This document shows positions 40,151 through 50,663 of a DNA stretch of 64,000 bases, piece by piece. Every line of letters starts with the position of its first letter. Position 1 is the stretch's first letter. Source of the stretch: Vulcanimicrobiota bacterium (GTDB lineage Bacteria; Vulcanimicrobiota; Vulcanimicrobiia; Vulcanimicrobiales; Vulcanimicrobiaceae); NCBI GenBank assembly GCA_963777315.1, contig CAVZQC010000001.1, positions 288,001 through 352,000 on the forward strand, read 5' to 3'. The notes beneath the pieces were generated by a model. The model had not been told where the DNA came from, ran no database searches, and worked only from the letters and a program-made list of their open reading frames with translations. The position numbers and the translations under genes are program-made.

Positions 40151-40933
40151 ATGAACAGCGTACAGGAACTTTTTCCCGGCGGCCCCGGTACCGCGCTCGC
40201 AACGCAGACGGGCGACCTTCCGAGCGCGGGCAATATTGCCGCGGGCCCGTTATCCGGCGCGATCGGAACCGACAGCATCAGCCGGCTGCTACCGAGTTTA
40301 CGTCAAACGCCTTCGGAGAATGTTTGCAGCGGCGCAGCTTGCGGCCCGGCAGGCGGTCTGATGCAAATCATCGCGCAGCTGTCTTCATTACTGCAACAGC
40401 TGATGTCGATGGCCGGCTTGGGTCAGGCATCCAACCAGACGTATTTCAAAAACGCAACCGCCTCGTCGACGGGAGATCCGCACCTGGCGTTCAGCGGCAC
40501 GGACGCCTCCGGCACGCTGCGCCAAGCACGCTTTGACAGCATGGATTCGCACTCGGACCTGTTGGATTCCAATTCGTTCGGCGGCGGCTACCGCATCGCC
40601 ACCACCGCAACCGCGCCGGACGCTCGAGGCATCACGTACAATCGGCAAGCGACGGTTTCAACCGATTATGGAGCGACGCAGGTCAGCCTGGATTCCGGCG
40701 GCAGCGCGCTCGTGAGCGAAAACGGCTATCAGATCGATCTCAAGCCGGGTCAATTGTACTCGCTGAGCAACTCCGAAACGGTCTCGCGCACGGCCGACGG
40801 CTCGGTGGTCGTTCAAGACAGAAACGCAGCCGGCGGCAACATCACCACGACGTTGCGCCGCAGCGGACAAGGCGTAGACGTCAGCGCGACGGCGCGTGAC
40901 GTGAACTTAGGCGGAGACCTTCGGCCGGGGTAA
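40151..40933 (+). CDS. Hypothetical protein with low-complexity N-terminus, GDPH motif and beta-rich C-terminal domain
   Basis: SD GGAGG plus ATG 40151; QIIAQLSSLLQQLMSM; SSTGDPHL with GDPH at 40472-40483. Confidence 0.7.
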   Translation: MNSVQELFPGGPGTALATQTGDLPSAGNIAAGPLSGAIGTDSISRLLPSLRQTPSENVCSGAACGPAGGLMQIIAQLSSLLQQLMSMAGLGQASNQTYFKNATASSTGDPHLAFSGTDASGTLRQARFDSMDSHSDLLDSNSFGGGYRIATTATAPDARGITYNRQATVSTDYGATQVSLDSGGSALVSENGYQIDLKPGQLYSLSNSETVSRTADGSVVVQDRNAAGGNITTTLRRSGQGVDVSATARDVNLGGDLRPG

Positions 40934-40936
40934 ACG

Positions 40937-43559
40937 TTACACAGTAGCCGCGCCGTGGCACTTCTTGTATTTTTTGCCGCTGCCGCACGGGCAGGTCTCG
41001 TTGCGTCCGACTTTGGGCTGATCGCGGTGTGCGGGTTTGGCCGGTTCTTCGCCGTCGCGATTCGTATGCACGTTGCGCGCACGCGTGGGCGCGGCTTGCG
41101 GCAAGAGCTGCCCGCTGGGGATCGGCTCGAATGCCGGCGGTCCGGCCGGAACGGGCACAGGCGGCATGGGCTGCATCGATCCTTGGCCGTCTTCGCCCGG
41201 GGGCGGACCCTGCTCGATCACCACGCGGAAGACGCCTTTGATGGCCTCGTCGGCGATGTTGTTCTTGAGATCTTCAAAGATCTCGTACGCTTCTTTCTCG
41301 TACTCGACGCGCGGATCGATCTGTCCGTAGCCGCGAAGACCGATGCCGGTCTTGAGATGGTCCATTACGTACAGGTGGTCCACCCACATCCTATCGATGA
41401 TCGGCAAAAGCAGATAGCGCTGCTCGACGATGCGAAGAATTTCCGGTGAAACCTCCTGCTCCTTACGTTCGTACGCTTCGCGCGCGGCGCCCTGAAGCAT
41501 CCGGCGGATCTCTTCCCGATCTTTTTTCTCGAACGTCGAAACGTCCATGGTGGCGCGAATCGGAAAGATCAGCTCGAGCTCGGCAAGCATCTCCTCGAAA
41601 TCCCACTCGCTGGGATGAGCGTTCTCCGGCGCATTCTGCTGGACTGCGCTGTCCACTTTGGCCTGCAGCGTCTGCAGCATGAACTCGCGCGAATCGAACT
41701 GGCCGCCGAGGATCGCGCGCCGGTCCCCATAGATCACCTCGCGCTGTTTGTTCATGACGTCATCGTACTCGAGGACGTGTTTGCGAATCTCGTAGTTGTG
41801 CGCTTCAACCTTGCTCTGCGCGCGCTCGAGCGATTTGGTGACCAGCGGCGATTCAATGGGAGCCTCGTCGGTGAAGCCTACGCGCTCCATGATGTTGTTC
41901 ATGCGCTCGCCGCCGAACAGGCGCATCACCTCGTCTTCGAGCGAAACGTAAAACCGCGTCGACCCCGGGTCCCCTTGACGCCCGGCGCGACCGCGCAACT
42001 GATTGTCGATGCGGCGCGATTCGTGGCGTTCGGTGCCGATGATGTGCAGGCCGCCCTGGCCCGCAACGCCGTTGCCGAGCTTGATGTCCGTGCCGCGCCC
42101 GGCCATGTTGGTTGCGATCGTCACCTGTGCGGGCTGCCCTGCGTCTTTGATGATCTCGGCCTCCTGCGCGTGATACTTGGCATTGAGCACGTTGCACTCG
42201 ACACCTTGGCGGCGCAGGATGGCGGCGAGCATTTCGGATTTTTCAATCGATCGCGTACCGACCAAAACGGGGCGGCCCTTCCGGTGCTCGGCCAGAATGT
42301 CTTGAACGACCGAGTCGAACTTGGCTTTTTCCGATTTGTAGACGATGTCGGAAGCGTCTTTGCGCACCATCGGCATGTTCGTCGGGATCACGACCACGTC
42401 CAGGCCGTAGATGTCGCGAAATTCGCGTTCTTCGGTTTTGGCCGTACCCGTCATACCGGCGAGCCTATCGTACAAACGGAAGTAATTTTGAAACGTGATC
42501 GTGGCCAGCGTCTGGTCTTCGCTGCGCACTTTGATGCCTTCCTTGGCTTCAATGGCCTGATGGATGCCGTCGGAGTAACGCCGGCCGTACATCAACCGCC
42601 CGGTGAACTCGTCGACGATCACCACTTCGCCTTCCTTGATGATGTACTGCTGGTCGCGGTGGAACAGATTCCACGCTTTGAGCGCGGCGTTGAGCTGGTG
42701 CGTCGAGCTCGATATTGCGCTGCTCGTACAAGTTCTGGATGCCGAGCATCTTCTCGACCTTGGCCACGCCGGCTTCCGTAATCGGAACCGCATGCGCTTT
42801 CTCGTCGACGGTGTAGTCGTCGTCTTTTTTCAGACGTGGAATAATCTGCGCAAACTTCTCGTAAAGCTCGGTCGGCTCGGTGCCTTGGCCGCTGATGATG
42901 AGAGGCGTGCGCGCTTCGTCGATGAGGATGGAGTCGACTTCGTCGACGAGCGCGAAATAGAGATCGCGCTGCACCATGTCTTCGACTTGCCAGGCCATGT
43001 TGTCGCGCAGGTAGTCGAATCCGACTTCGTTGTTGGTTACGTAGGTAACGTCGCAATTGTACGCGGCGCGCCGCTGCGCGGGCTCGAGATCGTGCTGAAT
43101 GACGCCGACCGTCAGACCAAGGGCCGTGTAGATGGGCGACATCCATTCGGCGTCGCGGCGCGCGAGATAGTCATTGACCGTGACGACGTGCACGCCCCGG
43201 CTTTCAAGGGCGCGAGCGTATACGGGCAGCGTAGCCACCAGCGTCTTACCTTCGCCGGTCTTCATCTCGGCGATGCGGCCTTCGTACAATACCTGACCGC
43301 CCATGATCTGCACGTCGAAGTGACGCATGCCCAAAGTGCGCACGCCGGCCTCGCGCACCACCGCGAATACTTCGGGCAGCATCGCATCGATGTCTTCGCC
43401 GGCTGCGAGCCGTTGGCGAAACTCCGCCGTTTTGGCGGCAAGCTGTTCGTCGTCGAGAGCGTGGATTTGCGTTTCGAGCGCGTTGACTTTCTCAACGGTG
43501 CGCCGCAGTCGGGCGATTTCTCGCTCGTTGCCGTCGAAAAGCGTTTTCAGGAATGCCAT
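40937..43559 (-). CDS. secA: Preprotein translocase subunit SecA; 1-nt frameshift at about 42705
   Basis: [54 protein letters not shown]-terminal [14 protein letters not shown]. Frames join as [15 protein letters not shown]. Confidence 0.97.
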
Positions 43560-43595
43560 ATCTTGCTACATACCGTTCGTCGGGACAGACAGTTG

Positions 43596-45767
43596 CTACT
43601 TCGCAGACAGGGGAAGCGTAACCGTGAAGGTGCTCCCTTCCCCCTCTTGCGACTGCACGGCGATGCTGCCGCCGTGCACTTCGACGATCTTGCGGCTCAC
43701 GTACAAGCCGACGCCCGAGCCCGAGATGCCCTTGCGCCGCGCGTTGCTGGCCCGTCCGAATCGCGCGAAAACCGCGCCCAGTTCCGGCTGCGGAATGCCG
43801 ATTCCCCGGTCCTGAATTGCAATGGCGGCATTCGCGCCGCCGGAGCTGAGATTCACGAGGACTTCATCCTGCGAATATTTGAGCGCATTCATCAGCAGAT
43901 TGTCGAGCACGTGATTAAACCGCGCGGCATCGAGCCACAGGAAGATCGGTTCTGCCGGGACCGTAAGCCGAATGCGCTCCTCGCCCCGGTTGTGGGCTTT
44001 GACGCTCTGCGCGACGATCTCTCGCAAATCCAGCAGCGCGCGATCAAGCGAAAACCCGCCGGCCTGCGTTTGCGCCAGCGCGACGGCGTCTTCGGAAAGC
44101 CGAACGAGCCGTTTGGTTTGGGAGTAGATCGTTTCGAGCTCTTCGCGAACCTGCGCCGGCGCGCTTTCCAGCAGCAATTCGCAATATCCCAAAATGACCG
44201 TCAGCGGTCCCTTGAAATCGTGCGCGAGCATCGCGAGCAGATCGTCCTTGAATTCGTTGCTTTCCGAGAGCGCGCGCGCCAATTGCTGGATCCGCTCGAA
44301 ACCCAGCGCTCCGGCCAGGGCGAGTTCCAAGTGCGAAGCGAGCATGTGGAAGTACAGCCGCCGCTCGGAATCGGTCCAATCGTACGTGCCGGCCGGCGCA
44401 ACGAAGGCGAGGAACCCCCACAGATTTCCATCGATCCGCAGCGACGCGAGCAACCCTTCGTTCGGCCCGAAAACCGGCTCGCGCACCGAGCGGTCCAGTG
44501 CCGAACTGGGCGTGACGTCGCCGCGTTCGAGCAAGGGAGAGATGCGGGCGGCTTCCACGCGCTCGGGCACGCCGTCGCGCGCGGATTCGACCGTGCGCAC
44601 GGCGCGCCGCATGGCCCAGCCGCCTTCGAGTTCGTACGCCGCGCACGTGAGTTTGACTTCGTGCGATACGGTAACGGCGAACACGAGCAGCACTTCTTCG
44701 ATCGTTTGCGTGTCGCGCAGCATGCGAACGACTCGTTCGAGCGACTCCGCGCGCGCGCGCCGCAGGCGCTCCACGTCGTACAGCTGCACGTTTGCCAGCG
44801 CGAGGCCCACGTGCGAGCCGACCGAACGCAGCATGACCATGTCGATTTCGTCAAATGCCTCGGGCAGGGCAAAATGCAGCGCGATCGCATGCTCTACGCG
44901 CCCGTCAATAAAAAGCGGCACTATCAGCGCGGACGCCGCTTCCGTCGCGCGCAGAAATGCGTCGCGCGGATCGTCCTGCGTGGTGCGCTCGCGGCTTACG
45001 ACCGAGCCCGCGAACGCGCGCTCGAGCCACGTTTGCGAAAGTTTCACCGAAGGCGGTAGGGGCTTTTTGACCTGAGCGGACTCCGCAACGGCAAGCACGC
45101 GCGCCAGATCCGCGCCGGCAGGATCGCGCCCGAAGACTACGCAGCGCGCCGCTGCAAACGAACGCCGCACGTCCTCGACGACCGACTCGAGGATGCTCTG
45201 GCGGTCGAGCGACTTGCGCGCCTGCTCGTTGATCTGCGCGAGCAGAGCGCTTTGTTTGGCTTCGCGCTCCGCGGCGGTGACTTCGCGTTCGTGCGCTATC
45301 ATCCAAGCGGCGATATCGCCGAAGGTGCGCAGCTCGCGAAGCGCGCGGTCTTCGAGTTGACCCGCCGTGTCGAACACCAAAGCGCCCACGGGACCGTCGA
45401 TCGTTTCCAGCGGAACGATCAGCACGTCGGCGTCGGTGTGATACTGGGCTACCGGAGCCAGCGCGCGCTGCGACGCATGCGGCACGTAATAGCATCCGCA
45501 CGCGGCGAATTTCGTGAGCGTGGGAAAAAACAACCGCCGCAGTCCGCGAGTGTCCTCGCGCAGTGCGAAACCCGGACCGGGCGGCACGACGGCATAGCGG
45601 CAGCGGTCGTCCCCGAACACCATCACCGTCACGCGCGTGCAGCCCACCGTGGCGTAAGCGGCTTGCGCCAGCGCGCGGCACTTGTCTTCAAGACAAGAGA
45701 GCGCCGGCAGCCGCGCGAGCAGCGCGAACCGGTCCGGCGTCGTTTGCGGCGGCCGCTCTACGGCGAT
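43596..45767 (-). CDS. GAF-domain sensor histidine kinase (first canonical start GTG 45647; probable start ATC 45767)
   Basis: GAF-like segments; H-box AHDFKGPLT; N-box NLLMNALKYS; DRGIGI; GSGVGL. Confidence 0.9.
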   Translation of the reverse strand: MAVERPPQTTPDRFALLARLPALSCLEDKCRALAQAAYATVGCTRVTVMVFGDDRCRYAVVPPGPGFALREDTRGLRRLFFPTLTKFAACGCYYVPHASQRALAPVAQYHTDADVLIVPLETIDGPVGALVFDTAGQLEDRALRELRTFGDIAAWMIAHEREVTAAEREAKQSALLAQINEQARKSLDRQSILESVVEDVRRSFAAARCVVFGRDPAGADLARVLAVAESAQVKKPLPPSVKLSQTWLERAFAGSVVSRERTTQDDPRDAFLRATEAASALIVPLFIDGRVEHAIALHFALPEAFDEIDMVMLRSVGSHVGLALANVQLYDVERLRRARAESLERVVRMLRDTQTIEEVLLVFAVTVSHEVKLTCAAYELEGGWAMRRAVRTVESARDGVPERVEAARISPLLERGDVTPSSALDRSVREPVFGPNEGLLASLRIDGNLWGFLAFVAPAGTYDWTDSERRLYFHMLASHLELALAGALGFERIQQLARALSESNEFKDDLLAMLAHDFKGPLTVILGYCELLLESAPAQVREELETIYSQTKRLVRLSEDAVALAQTQAGGFSLDRALLDLREIVAQSVKAHNRGEERIRLTVPAEPIFLWLDAARFNHVLDNLLMNALKYSQDEVLVNLSSGGANAAIAIQDRGIGIPQPELGAVFARFGRASNARRKGISGSGVGLYVSRKIVEVHGGSIAVQSQEGEGSTFTVTLPLSAK

Positions 45768-46876
45768 AGCGCCAACCCCATCGCGCTTCCAGGCGGCAGC
45801 ACCAGCACTGTGGTGGGCGCTACCGTGCCGTACGCACCCGCGTGAAAGATCATGAGCTTACTGTTGGAATTGGGGCCCAGTCCCGCATCCACGACGTACA
45901 CGTTTCCCGCCGTATCGACCTTGACGTCGGTGGGATCGACGAACGCCGGATTTTGGCTGACGATCGTGTGGGAGGGAGCGATGTTTTGCAAACCGGCACC
46001 CAGCGGTGCGTCAAAAATCAAAACCTTCGGTGCTGCACCTGCCGCCGCGCTTCCGGCATCGGCGACGTAGAGGTTGCCCGAACCGTCGAGCGCGATGCCC
46101 AGCGGGGCAACGAGCTGCGTTGCGGGACCTGCAATCGTGGTGGACGGCGCAAGGTTCGTGGCCGGCGCGGGAGTGGGCGATGGCGAGATGCTCGGGGAAA
46201 CGGTCGGAGACGGCGTGGGCGAGGGTGAAGGCGAGGTGGACGGCGTGGCCGACGGCAACGCATACACCGTCAGCGACGCGCCGGCGTTGTTGGCAACGTA
46301 CACTTTGTTCTTTGAATCGATGGCCAGACCCGTCGGTACGTTCAGGCCCGTGTTGCTGCCCGCGATGGTCGAGTTCAGCCCCACCGTCGAATACACCGAA
46401 AGAAAATTGGCGTAAAAGCCGCCGGACTGCGTTGCGGCGACGGCGTAGCCCGAGCCGTCCGGGAAAGCCGCTATACCGCGCGCGTGTACCGTACCGGTGA
46501 GAGGTATGGAGTCGTACGGCAGCACGTTCCCCGTCGCAAACGTCTGAAATTCCAAGATCGACGACGTCCCGGCGGCCGGATTGTAATTGGTAACGAACAA
46601 ATGCTTTTGGTTGTCGAAAGCTGGGTACTGCGGCCCGCTGATCGTCGTGTTCGAGCCGCCGATCACGTATTGCGGTGTTGCGCTCGGTCCCGGTGAGGGC
46701 GTGAAAATCTCCACGACCTGCTGCGTCGTGTTCGTCACGTAAATCGTATTGGTGACGAAGTTCGGCCCTTGGCCCGGAATGCCGCCGCTCGAGGGAGTGG
46801 CCGACGAGGAGCTGCAGGCCGCAACCGCGGCGGTGCAGGCAAGCAGAAAGAATCCGAGGGTCAGGCGACGCAGCAT
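45758..46876 (-). CDS. NHL-repeat/beta-propeller lipoprotein with Pro/Ser linker
   Basis: SD AAGGAG plus ATG 46876; lipobox VAAC; PTGLAIDSKNKVYVAN, PLGIALDGSGNLYVAD, PTDVKVDTAGNVYVVD. Confidence 0.85.
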   Translation of the reverse strand: MLRRLTLGFFLLACTAAVAACSSSSATPSSGGIPGQGPNFVTNTIYVTNTTQQVVEIFTPSPGPSATPQYVIGGSNTTISGPQYPAFDNQKHLFVTNYNPAAGTSSILEFQTFATGNVLPYDSIPLTGTVHARGIAAFPDGSGYAVAATQSGGFYANFLSVYSTVGLNSTIAGSNTGLNVPTGLAIDSKNKVYVANNAGASLTVYALPSATPSTSPSPSPTPSPTVSPSISPSPTPAPATNLAPSTTIAGPATQLVAPLGIALDGSGNLYVADAGSAAAGAAPKVLIFDAPLGAGLQNIAPSHTIVSQNPAFVDPTDVKVDTAGNVYVVDAGLGPNSNSKLMIFHAGAYGTVAPTTVLVLPPGSAMGLALSP

Positions 46877-46953
46877 GGGTACTCCTTGGGGATGCTCCGG
46901 CGGTGGAGGCGCCGTGGAAGAAAGCTCGGTTGCCAGGATACACGCACGGCGGA

Positions 46954-47109
46954 TCACTTTCCTGGGACGCCGCGCGCGAGGTGCCCCCAGCCCGCAAACG
47001 CAGCGATGAGCAGTATCGCGACCACGATTGCGATCAGCACGGTGATAATCACGATTCGCCGGACGTATCGCGGGCGGCTCGACTGCGTGTCGATAATCTG
47101 CCTGGGCAT
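46954..47109 (-). CDS. Small single-pass membrane protein (51 aa)
   Basis: SD AAGGAG; MPRQIIDTQSSRPRYVRRIVIITVLIAIVVAILLIAAFAGWGH. Confidence 0.7.
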   Translation of the reverse strand: MPRQIIDTQSSRPRYVRRIVIITVLIAIVVAILLIAAFAGWGHLARGVPGK

Positions 47110-47129
47110 TGCGACCAGATTCTCCTTTT

Positions 47130-47951
47130 TTAAACGGCGTGCTTTGCCGGATGGTTCAATTCGGCCGGCCTGACTTGGGCGAGCAGTTGCCCGACGGTCA
47201 CGAAACGGTAGCCGTGGGCGCGGAATTTCGAGACGACGCCGGCCAGCATTTGAATAGTGGCCAGTTTCCCGCTGTGAAGGAGCACGATCTCGGGTGCGGT
47301 CGCGTGCCGTTCCAAATGGTCGGCCAAGCTCTGCGGGGTAACCGTGCGCCAGTCGCCGGCGTCGTCCGTCCACAGCACCGTCTTGTACCCCAAGGATTGC
47401 GCGATCTCGACGGTCTGGACGGTGTAACGCCCATGGGGCGGCCGAAAGAGATCCAGCACCGACGGATCGTGAACCAGATCGTACAGCGCCCGCCGGCCGC
47501 GCAAAATCTCCGAGCGCACCTGCGCCGGGCTTTCACGATCCAGGTCCGGATGCGTGTAGGTGTGATCGGCCACTTCGTTGCCGCCCAGTTCGATGCGTTG
47601 CGCGAGTTCGGGCCATTGCTGCGCGTCGCGGCCGATCAAAAAGAAGGTCGCATGCACGTTCAGGCGCGCGAGTTCGGCGAGCAAAAGCGGCGTGAAGACC
47701 GGATACGGTCCGTCGTCGAACGTGAGCGCGATCAGCTTGGGACGGTCCGAGCGGTCCCCGTACGTCACGCGTTCCTTGAACATGCGCTTGATGTGGCCGC
47801 CCACGGAGGGCGAGATCGCCTGCTGCGCATCCATCCTGGGCGTAACGATTGCGGGCTGAATGCGGCTCTCGTGCGCAAAGCCGCGATAGCCCAGATACGC
47901 GAGCACCGCGCATGCCGCGCACGCGACGAGGATGCGTCGATTGGGGTTCAC
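47130..47951 (-). CDS. Polysaccharide deacetylase (CE4/NodB family)
   Basis: ALTFDDGP, HTYTHP, FRPPHG, IVLLHS. Confidence 0.93.
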   Translation of the reverse strand: MNPNRRILVACAACAVLAYLGYRGFAHESRIQPAIVTPRMDAQQAISPSVGGHIKRMFKERVTYGDRSDRPKLIALTFDDGPYPVFTPLLLAELARLNVHATFFLIGRDAQQWPELAQRIELGGNEVADHTYTHPDLDRESPAQVRSEILRGRRALYDLVHDPSVLDLFRPPHGRYTVQTVEIAQSLGYKTVLWTDDAGDWRTVTPQSLADHLERHATAPEIVLLHSGKLATIQMLAGVVSKFRAHGYRFVTVGQLLAQVRPAELNHPAKHAV

Positions 47952-49291
47952 GGCGCCGAAGCTTGCGTGGTCAACGCAGCGGCGACGTCTTGCCCGACCA
48001 CGACCGTTACGTCGCTCGCCGCCGAGCCCGCGGGTGAAGGCGAGGGCGTCTGGGAATCGTCGATCACGCGCGCCGATTGCGCCGCCTTTCCGAGCGCCTC
48101 ACGGACTCTGACGCCCGCGTACGCGATGCTCGAGTGCTCGTGCAGTTCCGTCGTTGCGACGTCGGAGCTTTGCGCGTTGCTCACGCTGCCGATCGTGAAT
48201 CCCTGCTTACGCAGCATGGATGCGACGCGGCGCGCGAGACCGGGAATCGCCGTCCCGTTCTCGACGTCCACCCGCACGGAGTTGGGCGCGATGGCAGCCA
48301 CTGCGCTCGCATCCGGCGCGGGCGTAGGCACGGGCGGATCGATCAGCATGTTTTCGACGAGCTGCGCTTTCTTGGCTTCGTCCGGAATGAGCACTTCACC
48401 GCCGTCGGCGGCGATTTTGGTGTCGACGTACGGTATTTTGTCGGTATGCAGTCCGTTTTTGGGCATGCGTGCAAACTCGGTCGCCAAGCTGATTTCTTCC
48501 TGACGAGTGAAATTCGTCTGCACGTCTCGCGAAAACACGGCGATGAGATCGTTGAGATGCACCAGCGTGTTGAATTTATCGCTGCGGATCTTGTTGAGCG
48601 CGGCCTGCATGACTTGATCCTGGCGCATGATGCGGCACGGATCGCTGCACCAATCGTGGCGGAACCGGGCATAGCTGACGGCCTGGTCGCCGTTCATGTG
48701 CTGCATGCCGGGTTTGAAGTGAATGTGCAGATGTCCCCATGTGTCGTCGTAGTCGATGGGGCCGTTGGGCCCCGTGTGCATCAACGCATCGGAGTTCTTG
48801 GGATCGATCTCTATGCCGCCGATGGCGTTGATGAGGTCTTTCGTGGTGTTGATGCGGAGCAGCACGTACCTGTCGAAGCCCGAGATGCCCAGCCATTTTG
48901 CGATGACGGCCTGGGCTTCGCGAACGCCGCCTTCGGCCTGCGCCTGATTGATCTTCGTTTCTTCGCCGTTGGGCAGCACCGCGTCCATGTCGCGCGGAAC
49001 CGACAGCACGTATACGTTGTCGGTGCGAAAGTCCAACGTTATGGCCTTGATGACGTCGCTGCGCGACTTGGTCGAATATTCTTCGTCCTTGTCCGTGTAG
49101 TCGTAATCCAAACCTTCGGCCAAAACCAGAATGCGGTTTTTGCGGAAGAGTTCTTGCGGCGCGGGCGTGAGACGCCCGGCCATGATGTCCAATGGCGAGC
49201 GCTTGAGCGCAACGGAGAAGCCCGCGACGACGGCTAGGAAACCGACGACTACCAGACCCAAAACGATCAGCGCAATGCCACGCCTATCCAA
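47948..49291 (-). CDS. LCP (LytR-CpsA-Psr) family protein with LytR_C domain
   Basis: SRSDVI, LSVPRD, YARFRH, RIMRQDQV; VDVENGTAIPGLA...DVTVVVGQD. Confidence 0.92.
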   Translation of the reverse strand: MDRRGIALIVLGLVVVGFLAVVAGFSVALKRSPLDIMAGRLTPAPQELFRKNRILVLAEGLDYDYTDKDEEYSTKSRSDVIKAITLDFRTDNVYVLSVPRDMDAVLPNGEETKINQAQAEGGVREAQAVIAKWLGISGFDRYVLLRINTTKDLINAIGGIEIDPKNSDALMHTGPNGPIDYDDTWGHLHIHFKPGMQHMNGDQAVSYARFRHDWCSDPCRIMRQDQVMQAALNKIRSDKFNTLVHLNDLIAVFSRDVQTNFTRQEEISLATEFARMPKNGLHTDKIPYVDTKIAADGGEVLIPDEAKKAQLVENMLIDPPVPTPAPDASAVAAIAPNSVRVDVENGTAIPGLARRVASMLRKQGFTIGSVSNAQSSDVATTELHEHSSIAYAGVRVREALGKAAQSARVIDDSQTPSPSPAGSAASDVTVVVGQDVAAALTTQASAP

Positions 49292-50663
49292 CGGCAGCGT
49301 CCTTTGCCGGCGCCGTGCCGTAAAAATCGAAGGGACCGCTGCCCTCGAGCGTTACCGTCGCAAACTCTCCGGAGCAAGCGTCGCCCGTGAAATAGATCCC
49401 GCCGTCGACGCCGGGCGCTTCTCCCATCGAACGCCCGAACCAGGGACGGGAGGTCCCGAGCGCGGTGCGGATACGGTCGTCGCGGCGTAAGGTTCGGCGG
49501 TCTTCGACCAGTACGCGGACGCTTGCGCCCACGCGTGCGGCACGCCCGTGCTCAGCCGCCTTGCGCTGTGCTTCGCGCAAGCGAATCAGCCGACGGCGCT
49601 TTTGCGCCGCAGCGACTTGCCCGCTCAGCTCCGCACCAGGCGTATCTTCTTCGCGGCTATATGCAAAAAAACCGACGCGGTCGAGCTGTGCGCGCGCGAG
49701 CCATTCCTCTAAGTACTCAACGTGTTCTGAGGTCTCGCCGGGAAAGCCGACGATGAACGTCGAGCGCATCGTAATGCCGGGAATACGCCGGCGGAAGTCC
49801 TGCAATATCTCCAGGTACCGCTCGCCGTTGCCGGGACGGCGCATCGCCCGCAGAACTTGCGGATGCGCGTGCTGGAGCGGCATGTCCATGTACTTGCACA
49901 CTTTAGGCAACTGCGCCATCGCGTCGATCAGATGCCGGTCCACCGTTGCCGGATACAGGTACAGCAGGCGAATCCACTCGACGGTTTCGATCTCCGAAAT
50001 CCGCTCGAGCAGATGCGCCAAACCGCCTTGCCGAACGCCGCGGTCCCGGGCCCACATCGAGGTATCCTGTGCGATGAGAATCAGCTCTTTCGCGCCGCCC
50101 TGCGCCAAAGCGCGCGCTTCCTTTAAAATCGATTCTTCACTGCGGCTGCGAAAAGCGCCGCGCAGTTGCGGAATGATGCAAAACGTGCACGGATGATCGC
50201 AGCCCTCGGCGATCTTCAAATACGCGCTTGCACGCGGAGTCGTTACCAAACGCGGCAAAAAGTCGTGTTCGGGTTCGCGGTCCAAGTGCAGGCGGACCGG
50301 GTGATGTCCCGCGCGTGCATCCTCGAGCAATTCCGCGATGCCGGCATACGCGCCGGTACCGACGACTCCGTCGATTTCCGGAATCAGGGCCTGCAGTTGC
50401 TCGCCGTAACGCTGGGCCAGGCAACCGGCTACGATCAGCAGCTGGCCGGGTCGTTTGCGCGCGGCCTGCTCCATAATCGCATCGGTTGACTCGGCCTTGG
50501 CCGGGTCGATGAACGCGCAGGTGTTCACGACGACGGCGTCCGCATCGCCGGCATCGCCCGTCAGCTCCCATCCGCGCGCGCCGAGCTGCGCGATCATCAC
50601 CTCGGTGTCGACCAAATTCTTCGCACATCCCAGCGAAACGAACGAGACTTTCGCGCGCAACAC
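49284..50663 (-). CDS. rimO: Ribosomal protein uS12 methylthiotransferase RimO
   Basis: SLGCAKNLVDTE, NTCAFI, KIAEGCDHPCTFCIIP, APGVDG. Confidence 0.95.
   Translation of the reverse strand: MLRAKVSFVSLGCAKNLVDTEVMIAQLGARGWELTGDAGDADAVVVNTCAFIDPAKAESTDAIMEQAARKRPGQLLIVAGCLAQRYGEQLQALIPEIDGVVGTGAYAGIAELLEDARAGHHPVRLHLDREPEHDFLPRLVTTPRASAYLKIAEGCDHPCTFCIIPQLRGAFRSRSEESILKEARALAQGGAKELILIAQDTSMWARDRGVRQGGLAHLLERISEIETVEWIRLLYLYPATVDRHLIDAMAQLPKVCKYMDMPLQHAHPQVLRAMRRPGNGERYLEILQDFRRRIPGITMRSTFIVGFPGETSEHVEYLEEWLARAQLDRVGFFAYSREEDTPGAELSGQVAAAQKRRRLIRLREAQRKAAEHGRAARVGASVRVLVEDRRTLRRDDRIRTALGTSRPWFGRSMGEAPGVDGGIYFTGDACSGEFATVTLEGSGPFDFYGTAPAKDAAVG

Noticed and set aside
42603..45059. 818-aa plus-strand ORF
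   Set aside because: Antisense shadow of secA and the histidine kinase.
46165..46250. Short tandem-like repeats
   Set aside because: Encode the Pro/Ser/Thr linker (PSTSPSPSPTPSPT) of the NHL lipoprotein.
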